Origin: an uncultured Pseudomonadota bacterium
Lineage (GTDB): Bacteria > Bdellovibrionota_B > Oligoflexia > Oligoflexales > CAIYRB01
DNA length: 64,000 nt
Direction: 5' to 3'
NCBI GenBank assembly: GCA_903915625.1
Contig: CAIWTN010000088.1
Location: 81,938 to 145,937 of the forward strand
Under the pieces are notes generated by a model that was not told where the DNA came from, searched no databases, and worked only from the letters and a program-made list of their open reading frames with translations. Shown here one piece after another: positions 38,310 through 47,745 of the stretch (within the stretch, counting starts at the first letter, position 1; each line of letters begins with the position of its first letter). The position numbers were made by a program, and so were the translations under genes.

Positions 38310-39317
38310 TTACCGGACTTGTTCAATTTCCGATGAACTACACCTTGCTAGTCTCACCTGAACCTTCCACCCGAAACGCTGACTCGGCCATAGACGATTG
38401 ATCCCAAAATCTCGCACGTAGTGATCACTCGTGTCAGAATCGTCAAGATAACGTGAACTCGAATATATATTTGAGTTCTGATGAACAAAAATCTTGTCTG
38501 CTCGACTGGGAGTTTCCTCGCCCACAGTTGCCATAAAAATATCGTTAATAGGCGTCGCGGTATAACAACGAGACGCAATCTGACAAAAACCCGCCGATGC
38601 GTCCTTGAGCTGAAGTGAACCAAGTAAATCCGCGAATCTACGCACATTCTCATCTCCCGGCATGTATCCACCGACAATGAGGCGCTTAGCACAGATTTGT
38701 TCTTTCCGGAGTTTGGCTAATATCCTTTCCTGAACAAAGGTATACCAGACATAACCTCCTGAAACTGATGGCGGCATCTGCACGTTAAAAATGACTAGAG
38801 GCTGATTTTCATACTCAACGGTGGTAGCCATCAGATAGCCTCCGCTACCCATAGCCCAGGTTTCTCCGCGCGAGTCCATTGTCGTGGGAAACTTCAGTGG
38901 AGCGCTTGCCGCCACCACCAATGATTCAGCCTCTTGGGTGTCGCCATACTCAGTGATCTGCTGCTGACGCCAATCATATTCTGATAGAGACCCAGCGCCG
39001 AGTATTTTGCGATCCGACTCAGCACTGCTACCGATACGCTCCATGCTTTCTTGAAATAAAATGAGGTCGGGCTGAGAATTACGCAGATCTTTATCAATTA
39101 TCTCGAGTCGATCACGCCGCAATACCCAGTCACCTTTCCAGGGCCTCTTAACTAATCGACTGGGCGTCCTCTGATTGAATAGTGACGCTGTCAATACAGT
39201 GACCGGCCTACTGTCATAGCTGGCAGGCCGACTCAACAGATCGGCGACACAACCAGCCATAGAGCAAACCGTCGCAAGCAGACAGATCCAAACTGCGGTG
39301 AATTTAATCTTCAACAA
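38310..39317 (-). CDS. lipoprotein, endonuclease/exonuclease/phosphatase (EEP) family-like
   Basis: Lipobox VCSMAG|C. The N-terminal motif DLILFQE and the C-terminal motif SDH (DTSDHYV) are the flanking EEP signatures. Confidence 0.5.
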   Translation of the reverse strand: MLKIKFTAVWICLLATVCSMAGCVADLLSRPASYDSRPVTVLTASLFNQRTPSRLVKRPWKGDWVLRRDRLEIIDKDLRNSQPDLILFQESMERIGSSAESDRKILGAGSLSEYDWRQQQITEYGDTQEAESLVVAASAPLKFPTTMDSRGETWAMGSGGYLMATTVEYENQPLVIFNVQMPPSVSGGYVWYTFVQERILAKLRKEQICAKRLIVGGYMPGDENVRRFADLLGSLQLKDASAGFCQIASRCYTATPINDIFMATVGEETPSRADKIFVHQNSNIYSSSRYLDDSDTSDHYVRDFGINRLWPSQRFGWKVQVRLARCSSSEIEQVR

Positions 39318-39318
39318 T

Positions 39319-40479
39319 TCAACAACCTAAGTAACGTGAAATCACTAGTCGCTGAATCTCACTTGTACCTTCACCGATCCGCAGTAAAGCCGCATCGCGA
39401 TAGAAGCGCTCTATCGGATACTCTTTCATTAGACCATACCCACCAAAAGTTTGCTGACCTTCACGAGCGCAATACTCTGCTACTTCGGAACAGTAAAGCT
39501 TGGCCATGGCAGCTTGCTTCTGAAATGGTTTATGTTCTTGCTTTAACCAAGCTGCTTTATAAAGCAGTCCTTCGGCGGCCTCGACTCGGGTTGCCATCTC
39601 AGCCAACTTAAATGCAACTGCCTGATGCTGTGATATAGCCTTACCGAAAGTGCGGCGTTCCTGCGCATACCGCAAAGTCATCTCCAGCGCTCCCTTAGCA
39701 AGCCCAAGACCCATTGCGGCAATGGAGAGACGCCCGTTATCAAGAGTCTCCATCATCATCTTAAAGCCTTGGCCGCGAACGCCGAGCATATTGCCGGCTG
39801 GTACTCGCACGTTATCGAAATAGAGCTCGCCAGTATTGGACGCGCGCCACATCATCTTACCGTGCATAGCCTTAGCAGTTACACCAGGAGTTCCAGCAGG
39901 CACGATGAAGCAAGATAATTCGGCGCGACCATTTTCCGCACGCCCTGTTACTGCTTGAACAGTGATACCCTTAGTCAAGGCACTTGCACTGTTAGTGATC
40001 CAAATCTTGCTGCCGTTAATCACCCACTCTTGCTTGACACTGTCAAACACAGCTGAAGTCTTACTTGCTTGAGCATCGCTACCAGCTTCAGGTTCAGTTA
40101 GACCAAAAGCCCACAGGCCCTCTCCCGTACATAATGACGGCAAATACTGCCGCTTCTGCTCCTCGTTACCGTAGTAATAAAGAGGTGCCGCTCCGAGACT
40201 ATTATGTGCTGCAATGGTTGCGGCCTGAGAGCCATCAACACGCGCAAGCTCTTCAACGGCAACTACGTAGGATAGGTAGTCCATCCCCTGTCCACCATAC
40301 TCGGTTGGAACTACAGTCCCAAAAAGACCTAGTCCGCCCATACGCTTGGTCAGTTCGACTGAGAACTCTTCCCGTTCATCCAAATCCCTAGCCAACGGTG
40401 CGATTTCCGTTTCGGCGAATTTACGCACAGTTTGGCGCATCATGGTCAATTCTTCATTATCTTCAAACTGGTAGCTCAT
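39319..40479 (-). CDS. acyl-CoA dehydrogenase
   Basis: GLTEPEAGSD, WITN and the C-terminal YCSEVAEYCAREGQQTFGGYGLMKEYPIERFYRDAALLRIGEGTSEIQR are present. I moved the start to the ATG at 40479 (MSYQFED...), which has GGAGAAAG upstream. The track ORF extends to 40527. Confidence 0.9.
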   Translation of the reverse strand: MSYQFEDNEELTMMRQTVRKFAETEIAPLARDLDEREEFSVELTKRMGGLGLFGTVVPTEYGGQGMDYLSYVVAVEELARVDGSQAATIAAHNSLGAAPLYYYGNEEQKRQYLPSLCTGEGLWAFGLTEPEAGSDAQASKTSAVFDSVKQEWVINGSKIWITNSASALTKGITVQAVTGRAENGRAELSCFIVPAGTPGVTAKAMHGKMMWRASNTGELYFDNVRVPAGNMLGVRGQGFKMMMETLDNGRLSIAAMGLGLAKGALEMTLRYAQERRTFGKAISQHQAVAFKLAEMATRVEAAEGLLYKAAWLKQEHKPFQKQAAMAKLYCSEVAEYCAREGQQTFGGYGLMKEYPIERFYRDAALLRIGEGTSEIQRLVISRYLGC

Positions 40480-40552
40480 CGTTACTTTCTCCGACACGCC
40501 ATAGCTGCACCTATTAGATGACTTCAAGCTATCGCAATGATTAAAAAACTAA

Positions 40553-41725
40553 TCAATCTTCAATGGGCAAATCTCTGATTCTGCCTTCGCGTCCCGTAGC
40601 GCCAAGCAAAATACCAAGATAAGACTTATATCGCCAACGTGACAGTTGACCGGCCTCAACCGCTGCACGGATGACGCACTCGGGCTCATCCATATGGCGA
40701 CACTCGCGAAACTTACACTTGCCGAGCAAAGGACGAAACTCGACAAAGCAATGACTTAACTCGATCGGACCTTTCTCCTCAAATGTAAAACTACGAATTC
40801 CGGGGGTATCAATAACATAGCCACCGGTTCCCAGTTTGATAAAGCTGGCGAAAGACGTGGTGTGACGCCCCTTGTAGAAGATGTTGTCGTCTTCTTCCAC
40901 AGCCTGAACGATCTCGGGAATGAAGAGATTCACTAGAGAAGATTTACCAACACCGGAATGACCCGAGAGTAAGGTGATCTTGTCCTTAAGCAGTGATTCT
41001 AGCCGATTTATTTCCGGGTGCTCTTTAGCATCCTTCGCATTTGCCTGCAAAGAAAACACCTGATATCCAAGCCCGCGATACAATTCCACCATGGCTTTTT
41101 CTGATGCAATCTCCTCCGGAGTACCCTCAGCAGCCAACAAATCTTCTTTGTTGAGCACTATGATGGCCTCAACACCCTCGCTCTCAGCTAATACAAGGTA
41201 ACGGTCAATAAGACCCCACTTGACTTTCGGGCTTAGGTAACTAGCCACGATTAATAGCTGGTCCATATTCGTGGCTAAAACATGGGCTCGTCCGGGAGTG
41301 TGCGGATCTAAGCGAGCAATCTTAGAGCGGCGAGGATCCAAATGTTGAATCACGCATTTTGGAAGATCGGCCTGAGACTTAACGGTATGCTCCCTATCGG
41401 GAGTGCAAAGCACATGATCACCGACCGCAACGAAATTTCGTTCTGCCCGGTGTGCAACTAGATGTTTACGCGCGACCTCTGCCAGCCAAACATCACGTGT
41501 ATCGACCTTCTTCAGATCATTCTCGGTCGAAATAAACGCGTACCGCTTGTGCACCTCGACCACTCGCGCGGGGAATGCTCCATCAGCACCCCCGACTCGC
41601 CACTCCTTGGAATCAAGTTCAAAAGTTTCACCCGCATCTAATGCATGGGTCTTTTTCCTAGATTTTTTTCGGATCTTACCGACTTTCTCAAGTCGATCAG
41701 TATCCCTCATATGCCAGCGAGCCAT
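40553..41725 (-). CDS. rsgA: ribosome small-subunit biogenesis GTPase
   Basis: The GTPase is circularly permuted: NKEDL ... LSGHSGVGKSSLVN ... DTPG. The C-terminal zinc motif is CKFRECRHMDEPECVI. Confidence 0.9.
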   Translation of the reverse strand: MARWHMRDTDRLEKVGKIRKKSRKKTHALDAGETFELDSKEWRVGGADGAFPARVVEVHKRYAFISTENDLKKVDTRDVWLAEVARKHLVAHRAERNFVAVGDHVLCTPDREHTVKSQADLPKCVIQHLDPRRSKIARLDPHTPGRAHVLATNMDQLLIVASYLSPKVKWGLIDRYLVLAESEGVEAIIVLNKEDLLAAEGTPEEIASEKAMVELYRGLGYQVFSLQANAKDAKEHPEINRLESLLKDKITLLSGHSGVGKSSLVNLFIPEIVQAVEEDDNIFYKGRHTTSFASFIKLGTGGYVIDTPGIRSFTFEEKGPIELSHCFVEFRPLLGKCKFRECRHMDEPECVIRAAVEAGQLSRWRYKSYLGILLGATGREGRIRDLPIED

Positions 41726-41749
41726 GTTTACGCCCTAATGTTGCACTGT

Positions 41750-44278
41750 CTAGGCCAAACCAATACGATGAATACTCTCACGAATATCAGCACTTAAAAT
41801 ACTCAATGAATTCTCGGCAAGTTCCTCGACTCGCGGATCAATTCGCATGCTGTCCCCAGCAACTCCCTCGACATAGCCTAATTCTTCGAGCTGCTCCAAG
41901 AAGCTAAATAAGGATTTTTTATCATAGGTATCAGCCTCGCTGGAGCCATTCAATATTGCGATACGCTGCGCCATTAAAGTTACTTGCTTGGCATACTCCT
42001 CTGTATCGACGGATGCCTCAAGTTTTTGATGCTTAGCCAACAACGCAGCAGCGATTGCGCAGCGCTCCAGCGTATGCCCCAGCGTCCTAGCAAGGATGAG
42101 CAGTGTCGTTAAATCGCGACTAGTGACATCCGGCCTATGAAGGTATCCCTGATCGTCGCGCGACAATAGGTTTTCATTAATCATGGCATTCACAATACCA
42201 GTAATGGTTTTGCCACAATTCCCCCCATCCCAACGCAAGAAGAATTCCTTCTTGAGAACAGGATAGAGCTGCTGAGCTGATCGCAGCACCTTCTCTTCAG
42301 GCAAATGATCATTGTATTGAAAAAAGCTAGCGACCAGAGCCGGAACGGCAAGTAGGTGGAGAATATTATTCCGATAATAATTGAGCAGGACGGCTTCGCG
42401 CTCTTCTACGAAAATGACATCGCCTCCTGGATGCTGAAAGCGTTCGATTTTAGCCACACTCATCGCCTCATCAAGATGATCGCGAGCACGACCCTCGGGA
42501 AGTGAGACGTCACGGCTATAAGGAGCTGCCCGCATAGCTGCTATCAACTTATCCATCAAGTAAAGCAAGTCGTCTTCTGCCAAGGCCTTAGTCGGAGTAG
42601 ACAAAAGCACAAGCGCTAAAATGGATAACGGACTCACAATCGCGTTACTGTTGATGCTGGTCAAAACATCATTCGCAAGATCGGACACAATCGGCGACAT
42701 CCAGCTGGGCTTGCTATCAATGTCTACAACTTCGTGCTGCCAGCCACTATGCCGTTTATCTAGATATTCAGTGAGATAAATTGGCTCAGCGATCCCAATA
42801 TATGCCTTGCCGAAGTTTGACTTTAGAACACGGCGTGCCCTGATCAATTGGCTAGCCGACTCAGTGCGCTTCTTCGCACCACGCAACTCAGTCTGATACG
42901 TGCGGACCTCAACTACTTTATCGTAACCCACATAAATGGGAACAATCGCAATTGGTCGTTCCGAATTACGCAGGTAACTATGTAAAACCATAGCAAGCAT
43001 GCCAGTTTTACCGGGAAGTAGACGTCCAGTCCTGCTCCGGCCACCTTCCATATAGAACTTTAAGGAATGACCTTTGGTCAGCAGGTAATGCACATATTCG
43101 TTAAAAACCACCGTATAAAGGCGGTTGCCGTTAAAAGTGCGCCTTATGTAAAATGCACCCGCTCTGCGCAGGAATCCGCCTACGGGCCAAAAGTTCAAAT
43201 TGATTCCTGCAGCCGTATGCGGAGGATTTAAACCTTGGTAATAAATTGAATACGCTAAAAGCAAATAATCCATGTGGCTGCGATGAGACGGTAGATAAAC
43301 TATCTCGTGTGTCTGCTCAATCGCACGTAGTCGCTCGGCATGCTTGATAACGACGCCATTAAATAGCCGATTCCACAACCAGGTAAAGAAAAGGTCCGAA
43401 AGTCTGACGATGGCATAGTTCTGCTCAGAGGAGATTTCCATTATGTAACGTCGAGCTGTCGCCTGAACTTTAACTGCCGGTACTTTACGTTTGCGGGCTT
43501 CATCCTCAATGGCACTCTTTATCGCACGACTCTGCAATAAACTCGCTGCTACACTCTCGCGGCTAGGGAGACTAGGACCCAAAACACCGGTCCGCTGCCT
43601 GCGAAAATGGACACGGAGCACACGCCTTAATTTCTTAGCAGTCTGCTCGATGCCCGCTCCCTCGCTGACTATCCTACGCAGCGAAATCGGCGTGCCGAAG
43701 TTAACAAAGTTGTCACGACCCTGTGCCAAGACAATAAATATCTTTTGCAGAATCCCAGCATGCTCGGCGTCAAAAAACAGCAGACGCAAGATCGACCGTT
43801 CCTCACGCCCTGGATTTCGCCCCCAAAAAACGCAAACCGGCACCAGCTGCACTTCCATGTTGGGATCAAGTGTGGCCATTCTCACAAGCTTACTCAATGG
43901 CGTCGGCGGGGCCTTATGGGCGTCACGCTCAACCTGAAGCAGACCCATTTTATGCAAGTAAATAAACGAAGCAGTGCCGGGTACATTCAAAGATGTATGG
44001 TCAGTCTGCGGCAACGGCAAGCCGTTACGCTCGCACACATCATAAAGTACTAAAATGTCGGAGACCGAACGCGAAGGTAATACGTAACAGACAGGGACTC
44101 CGGGCTTTAACCCAAGGTCAAGCGCCGGTGATGGTGGCGTGACTTTAGACTTAACCCACAGCGCCTGGATCTTGCGCAGCCACCAGAAAGGAATGATTGA
44201 GATGGGCTTATGCTTTGGCACGGACCTAATCCATTTCCATGTTGTCAATAAGGCGAGTGGTCCCAAGACGGACGGCAA
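41750..44278 (-). CDS. plsB: glycerol-3-phosphate 1-O-acyltransferase
   Basis: It is collinear with E. coli PlsB as I recall it: VKSKVTPP...CYVLP, HxxxxD box YLPSHRSHMDYLLL, AGINLNFWP and YMEGGRSRTGRLLPGKTG. The ORF start at 44278 overlaps panC by 53 nt. The GTG at 44221 (VPKHKP...) would remove the overlap. Confidence 0.93.
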   Translation of the reverse strand: MPSVLGPLALLTTWKWIRSVPKHKPISIIPFWWLRKIQALWVKSKVTPPSPALDLGLKPGVPVCYVLPSRSVSDILVLYDVCERNGLPLPQTDHTSLNVPGTASFIYLHKMGLLQVERDAHKAPPTPLSKLVRMATLDPNMEVQLVPVCVFWGRNPGREERSILRLLFFDAEHAGILQKIFIVLAQGRDNFVNFGTPISLRRIVSEGAGIEQTAKKLRRVLRVHFRRQRTGVLGPSLPSRESVAASLLQSRAIKSAIEDEARKRKVPAVKVQATARRYIMEISSEQNYAIVRLSDLFFTWLWNRLFNGVVIKHAERLRAIEQTHEIVYLPSHRSHMDYLLLAYSIYYQGLNPPHTAAGINLNFWPVGGFLRRAGAFYIRRTFNGNRLYTVVFNEYVHYLLTKGHSLKFYMEGGRSRTGRLLPGKTGMLAMVLHSYLRNSERPIAIVPIYVGYDKVVEVRTYQTELRGAKKRTESASQLIRARRVLKSNFGKAYIGIAEPIYLTEYLDKRHSGWQHEVVDIDSKPSWMSPIVSDLANDVLTSINSNAIVSPLSILALVLLSTPTKALAEDDLLYLMDKLIAAMRAAPYSRDVSLPEGRARDHLDEAMSVAKIERFQHPGGDVIFVEEREAVLLNYYRNNILHLLAVPALVASFFQYNDHLPEEKVLRSAQQLYPVLKKEFFLRWDGGNCGKTITGIVNAMINENLLSRDDQGYLHRPDVTSRDLTTLLILARTLGHTLERCAIAAALLAKHQKLEASVDTEEYAKQVTLMAQRIAILNGSSEADTYDKKSLFSFLEQLEELGYVEGVAGDSMRIDPRVEELAENSLSILSADIRESIHRIGLA

Positions 44279-45080
44279 CTAACATGACGCTAGCTTCTGC
44301 CACGCTCGTACCGCATGGCAATAAATTCCGTCGCTGACGCAACTCGATGTAGTCGACTACAAAATCTTGATGTTGCTCGATCACGTTTCTACAACTTGCA
44401 ATCAGCACTTCAGGACTACGCTCACCCGCAGCAAAGCCTGCCTTGGCGGCTAATAGACCCTGATAAATAAATGGGGCTAGCTGCCGCTCCCCCTCGGACA
44501 AATATCGATTACGACTACTCATGGCGAGACCATCTGAATCTCTAAGCGTCTCGCCGCCTATAATTTTTATCGGCAGATTCAGATCGGCAACCATCTGTTC
44601 AATAAGCCGCCACTGTTGGTAGTCTTTTTTTCCGAATATTGCGACATGCGGCTGCACTAAATTAAACAGCTTCAGGACTACCGTAAGCACACCCTCAAAA
44701 TGGTGCTTGCGCGAGCTACCCTCTAGTTGCAATGCCATACCCTTACCATGCACGTAGGTCTGGAAACCATCCGGATACATCGTTGCATCACTGGGTAGGA
44801 ACACTGCCTCAACATTTTCCCTAGCTAGTAATTCGAGGTCAGCACTGAGCGTCCGAGGGTATTTTGATAAGTCTTCACCGGGACCAAATTGTGTCGGGTT
44901 AACGAAAATACTGACGATGACCCGATCCGCGAGATTACGTGCCTGCTTTACTAGACTGAGATGACCCTGATGCAAAGCGCCCATCGTCGGGACAAAAGCT
45001 ACCTTTGCTCCGTCACTATCCCAGGCCTGGCGACGAGCCTGCAAATCGGCGATTGAGATTAATGTAGACGGCATAGTCAT
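44226..45080 (-). CDS. panC: pantoate--beta-alanine ligase
   Basis: VPTMGALHQGHLSLV, FVNPTQFGP and MSSRN are present. Confidence 0.95.
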   Translation of the reverse strand: MTMPSTLISIADLQARRQAWDSDGAKVAFVPTMGALHQGHLSLVKQARNLADRVIVSIFVNPTQFGPGEDLSKYPRTLSADLELLARENVEAVFLPSDATMYPDGFQTYVHGKGMALQLEGSSRKHHFEGVLTVVLKLFNLVQPHVAIFGKKDYQQWRLIEQMVADLNLPIKIIGGETLRDSDGLAMSSRNRYLSEGERQLAPFIYQGLLAAKAGFAAGERSPEVLIASCRNVIEQHQDFVVDYIELRQRRNLLPCGTSVAEASVMLVAVRLGTTRLIDNMEMD

Positions 45081-45208
45081 TAGGTCTCGAGTCCTTGGTT
45101 TACGCCACGAAAAAGAGCATTAAAAGTAATTCTGTATGAGTACAGGAGTATTCCAGGGATGACAATGAGGTTGGGAGGCGGCACGGCACCGGTCAAGCGT
45201 TAGCGGCA

Positions 45209-45255
45209 GACAAAAGGAGGAACCCACCGGTTCACGCTTGTCGTGAGCCGGTGGG
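45209..45255 (-). terminator. terminator-like hairpin inside the rodZ-panC gap
   Basis: On the minus strand, CCCACCGGCTCACG pairs with CGTGAACCGGTGGG (14 positions, one C/A mismatch; plus-strand coordinates 45223-45255, loop ACAAG). TTCCTCCTTTTGTCTG follows. Confidence 0.5.
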
Positions 45256-45520
45256 GTTCGGCGGGGTAGTAAGTCAGGAGATCTTAAATCGCCCTCTTGG
45301 CAATTTGGCCCGTCGTGGGCCCGCACATTTCCTAGGATACTGAAACAGCATCCCTTCCATCTCCGTAAGGGCTCAGATCTCAAAGGATCTTCAAGCCCAT
45401 CCCACTTATCCCATACCAGGTTGTTACCTTCATGAGATTTGTCGGACGGAATGGGGGGAACTTTAGCCGCGGGGCGAAAAATCTGACGCCGCCTGAAATC
45501 GGAAATCCACAATATCCGAT
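45209..45520 (-). ncRNA. candidate structured RNA, unclassified
   Basis: The gap is about 450 nt with no credible ORF. Local hairpins lie at 45369-45398 (6+5 bp), 45335-45353 (8 bp) and 45307-45321 (5 GC pairs). A possible enclosing helix is GGAGAT 45359-45364 with ATCTCC 45277-45282. The 3' end carries the terminator-like hairpin. Strand was chosen from the terminator polarity and the flanking genes. Confidence 0.3.
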
Positions 45521-45532
45521 AAATTACTTAAA

Positions 45533-46624
45533 CTACAGTGACTTAGAGGTTGGGGGCTGGCTTTGGAAGCTCAATCTTCGAACTCGCCCCTTACTTCCCA
45601 AGGCGCCTAGGGATCGGCCATTGAAGCTGATCTTCACGGCAGCCGCATCGTAGATCAGCATGTCAGCCTTTTTGTTAAAGGCAAAAGTATAGGTATCTGG
45701 CTGTAACTCGCGAGTTACTGGTGGCCCTTGATCGACATCGAGTTTAATACGAACGGGATCGGTCACGGTCAGCACCAAGGTCTGCTCATTTTCAGAGCTT
45801 GCCGGAATACTTAGATGAGCCGACTGAGGATTTTCCGGCGTAGTCGACAAAACGACTGCGCCTGAAGCATCCCCAATTGGGGAAGTGTGCTTAAGTGCCG
45901 CAATAGGCGCCACCTCAACCTTGTCTTCAGGGGGCTTGGATGCTGATTCTCCTGATGTCAGGGCTGCTACCGATAGTGTCTCTGTTGATTCGCCAGTATT
46001 TGCAGCGAGTGAGGGCTTGCCTGTCGACTCGACTGCAGCCAACCTAGCCTGTGCATTAGGGCGAAGATCGAGAGGCTTAGCTTTAATGTTACTTATACTG
46101 TGCTTACTGGATGAAAAATTCTTCAGTGCATGTTGGACCAACGAACGGCTAGCTACGAAATAACTGAAGAGCCCAACTGCAGCGACCGGCAACGCTACCT
46201 TTACCAAGGCACCCCGTCGTATCAAACTTGAAGCAGCAGCCAACATTGGCCAAAACTGCTCAGTTCGCTGATTTGAAGGCTTATTTTTGATCTCCACTTT
46301 AAGCACGGAAGGCGCCAAAGTCGCCTCCCAGAGCTCACAAAATGAGTCAATTAGTGGAGCGGGATCAACGGAGAAATTTTTCGCAATATTTTGGACGAAA
46401 CCTCGACCGAACACCCGACCAGGTAGCTTTTCAAACTGACCAGATTCAAGGGCCTCAATAAAAACGTGACTAATCCGAGTAATTTCAGATAGGGATTCAA
46501 CAGAAACTCCCTGCTCTTCCCGAAGCATCCGTAGGCACTGACCAAAAGTTACTCGCCTCGATTCAAGATCGAGTGTGCTATCTTTGTGCATGTAATCCTG
46601 CTCGGGATGGTCGTCGTGGCCCAT
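45533..46624 (-). CDS. rodZ: cytoskeleton protein RodZ-like (HTH + TM + RodZ_C)
   Basis: XRE-type HTH FGQCLRMLREEQGVSVESLSEITRISHVFIEALESGQFEKLPGRVFGRGFV, one TM (VALPVAAVGLFSYFV), a Ser/Pro-rich linker and a C-terminal domain VRIKLDVDQGP...ISFNGRSLG. I placed the start at the ATG at 46624. The track ORF reaches 46735, which leaves only 22 nt to the divergent gene. Confidence 0.65.
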   Translation of the reverse strand: MGHDDHPEQDYMHKDSTLDLESRRVTFGQCLRMLREEQGVSVESLSEITRISHVFIEALESGQFEKLPGRVFGRGFVQNIAKNFSVDPAPLIDSFCELWEATLAPSVLKVEIKNKPSNQRTEQFWPMLAAASSLIRRGALVKVALPVAAVGLFSYFVASRSLVQHALKNFSSSKHSISNIKAKPLDLRPNAQARLAAVESTGKPSLAANTGESTETLSVAALTSGESASKPPEDKVEVAPIAALKHTSPIGDASGAVVLSTTPENPQSAHLSIPASSENEQTLVLTVTDPVRIKLDVDQGPPVTRELQPDTYTFAFNKKADMLIYDAAAVKISFNGRSLGALGSKGRVRRLSFQSQPPTSKSL

Positions 46625-46757
46625 GGACTGTCCTCGCGATGAAAGCCCGCCATTGAGGCAGCGCGTGCGCGGGTGGTTACGTTGATGGAAGCGAATCTGA
46701 TATAATCTGAGAACGCCTGCCACCCCTTGATCCACACCAGGTAAGAAAACACGAGGT

Positions 46758-47612
46758 TTGCCTATGTTTGGCGATCGAAGTTGCGGTTACAGACCGAAAT
46801 TCGGATTCCAAATCAGCATACTACGTGCATTACTCAGTTTAATGCCCGTTCTCGCTGCCTGTCAAACCGCGGGCCACACTGATGCGGGTTCGCCTGAGTC
46901 GGCCGTAATCGATTCTCAAAAGGCAATTGCCCGTAATGCTCTCGACACCGGTAAGCCCGAAGCAGCATTGAACAGTCTGCGCATGCTACTGCAACAGTAT
47001 CCAGATGACGCCGGCCTACACAACTTAATGGGACTGACCCAGCTATCGCTTAAAAACCACCCGAGGGCCATCAAAGAATTTCAAGCCGCCTTCAAAAAAG
47101 ATAAACAGGTAGCAACAGGCTTAAATCTGAGCTCAGCGTTAATTAGCGCAGGAGAGTACCAGCGAGCAGTCCGCCTATTGACGCAGCTTTTGGCCCAGGC
47201 GGAATCTACGAGCTACGCTTACAAGGAACGCCTGTATCACAACCTCGGTTACACATACGCCAAAGAGCGCAACTCAGCTAAAGCAGAGCTTTGGCTACAA
47301 AGGGCAGTGGAGGAAAATCCAACCTTTTTTCTCTCACACCTCGAACTCGCGCGGCTCTACGAAAGATCAAATCGACCTGAGAAGGCTGTGGCCTCGTACC
47401 GGAAAGCTATGGATTACTGCTTAGTATGTTTTGAGCCAGTTCAAGCATTAAGCTCGCTATATATTAAAACCGGCCGAACAGGGGAAGCACGACGCGTGCT
47501 GATGCAATTTGGTAAAAATGAAGGTGTGTCAGCGGACGATCTGGCAAAAGCCAAAAATCTATTCACACAAGTAACTGCAAACGACTTACCTATTAAAAAA
47601 GTTGGCGGCTGA
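46758..47612 (+). CDS. TPR lipoprotein, PilW/PilF-like
   Basis: Lipobox MPVLAA|C followed by about six TPRs (ALNSLRMLLQQYPDDAGLHNLMGL...). It sits next to rodZ, as pilW/pilF often does, but here the two are divergent. Confidence 0.6.
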   Translation: MPMFGDRSCGYRPKFGFQISILRALLSLMPVLAACQTAGHTDAGSPESAVIDSQKAIARNALDTGKPEAALNSLRMLLQQYPDDAGLHNLMGLTQLSLKNHPRAIKEFQAAFKKDKQVATGLNLSSALISAGEYQRAVRLLTQLLAQAESTSYAYKERLYHNLGYTYAKERNSAKAELWLQRAVEENPTFFLSHLELARLYERSNRPEKAVASYRKAMDYCLVCFEPVQALSSLYIKTGRTGEARRVLMQFGKNEGVSADDLAKAKNLFTQVTANDLPIKKVGG

Positions 47613-47745
47613 ATAGGCTTTGCAAAATATTCCGCCCAAAGTGACCAGCCTTTGGGTCTTGGCAAGCTAGGGGCGCTTGCGTTAACGTTCGAGAACTGAT
47701 CACCACCGACGCGGAATCGCAGCTGCGTCTACGAGGGATTTACCG

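Noticed and set aside
45120-45512. 130-aa ORF filling the rodZ-panC gap
   Set aside because: It has a TTG start with no convincing ribosome-binding site. The product is rich in Trp, Arg, Pro and Cys, has no recognisable motif, and does not resemble PanB, which might be expected upstream of panC. The ORF runs straight through several strong hairpins. It is treated as a chance ORF over structured or non-coding DNA.
45120-45530. Possible tmRNA, RNase P RNA, SRP RNA or TPP riboswitch
   Set aside because: I checked both strands by eye. There is no GGGG...TTCGA-type tRNA-like ends or ANDxxxALAA-type tag frame (tmRNA). There is no GAGGAAAGTCC or ACAGAAxCCGGCTTA (RNase P). There is no GGAAGCAGCC (SRP) and no CTGAGA...ACCTGATCTGGATAATGCC core (TPP). 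The region therefore stays unclassified rather than being assigned to a known family.
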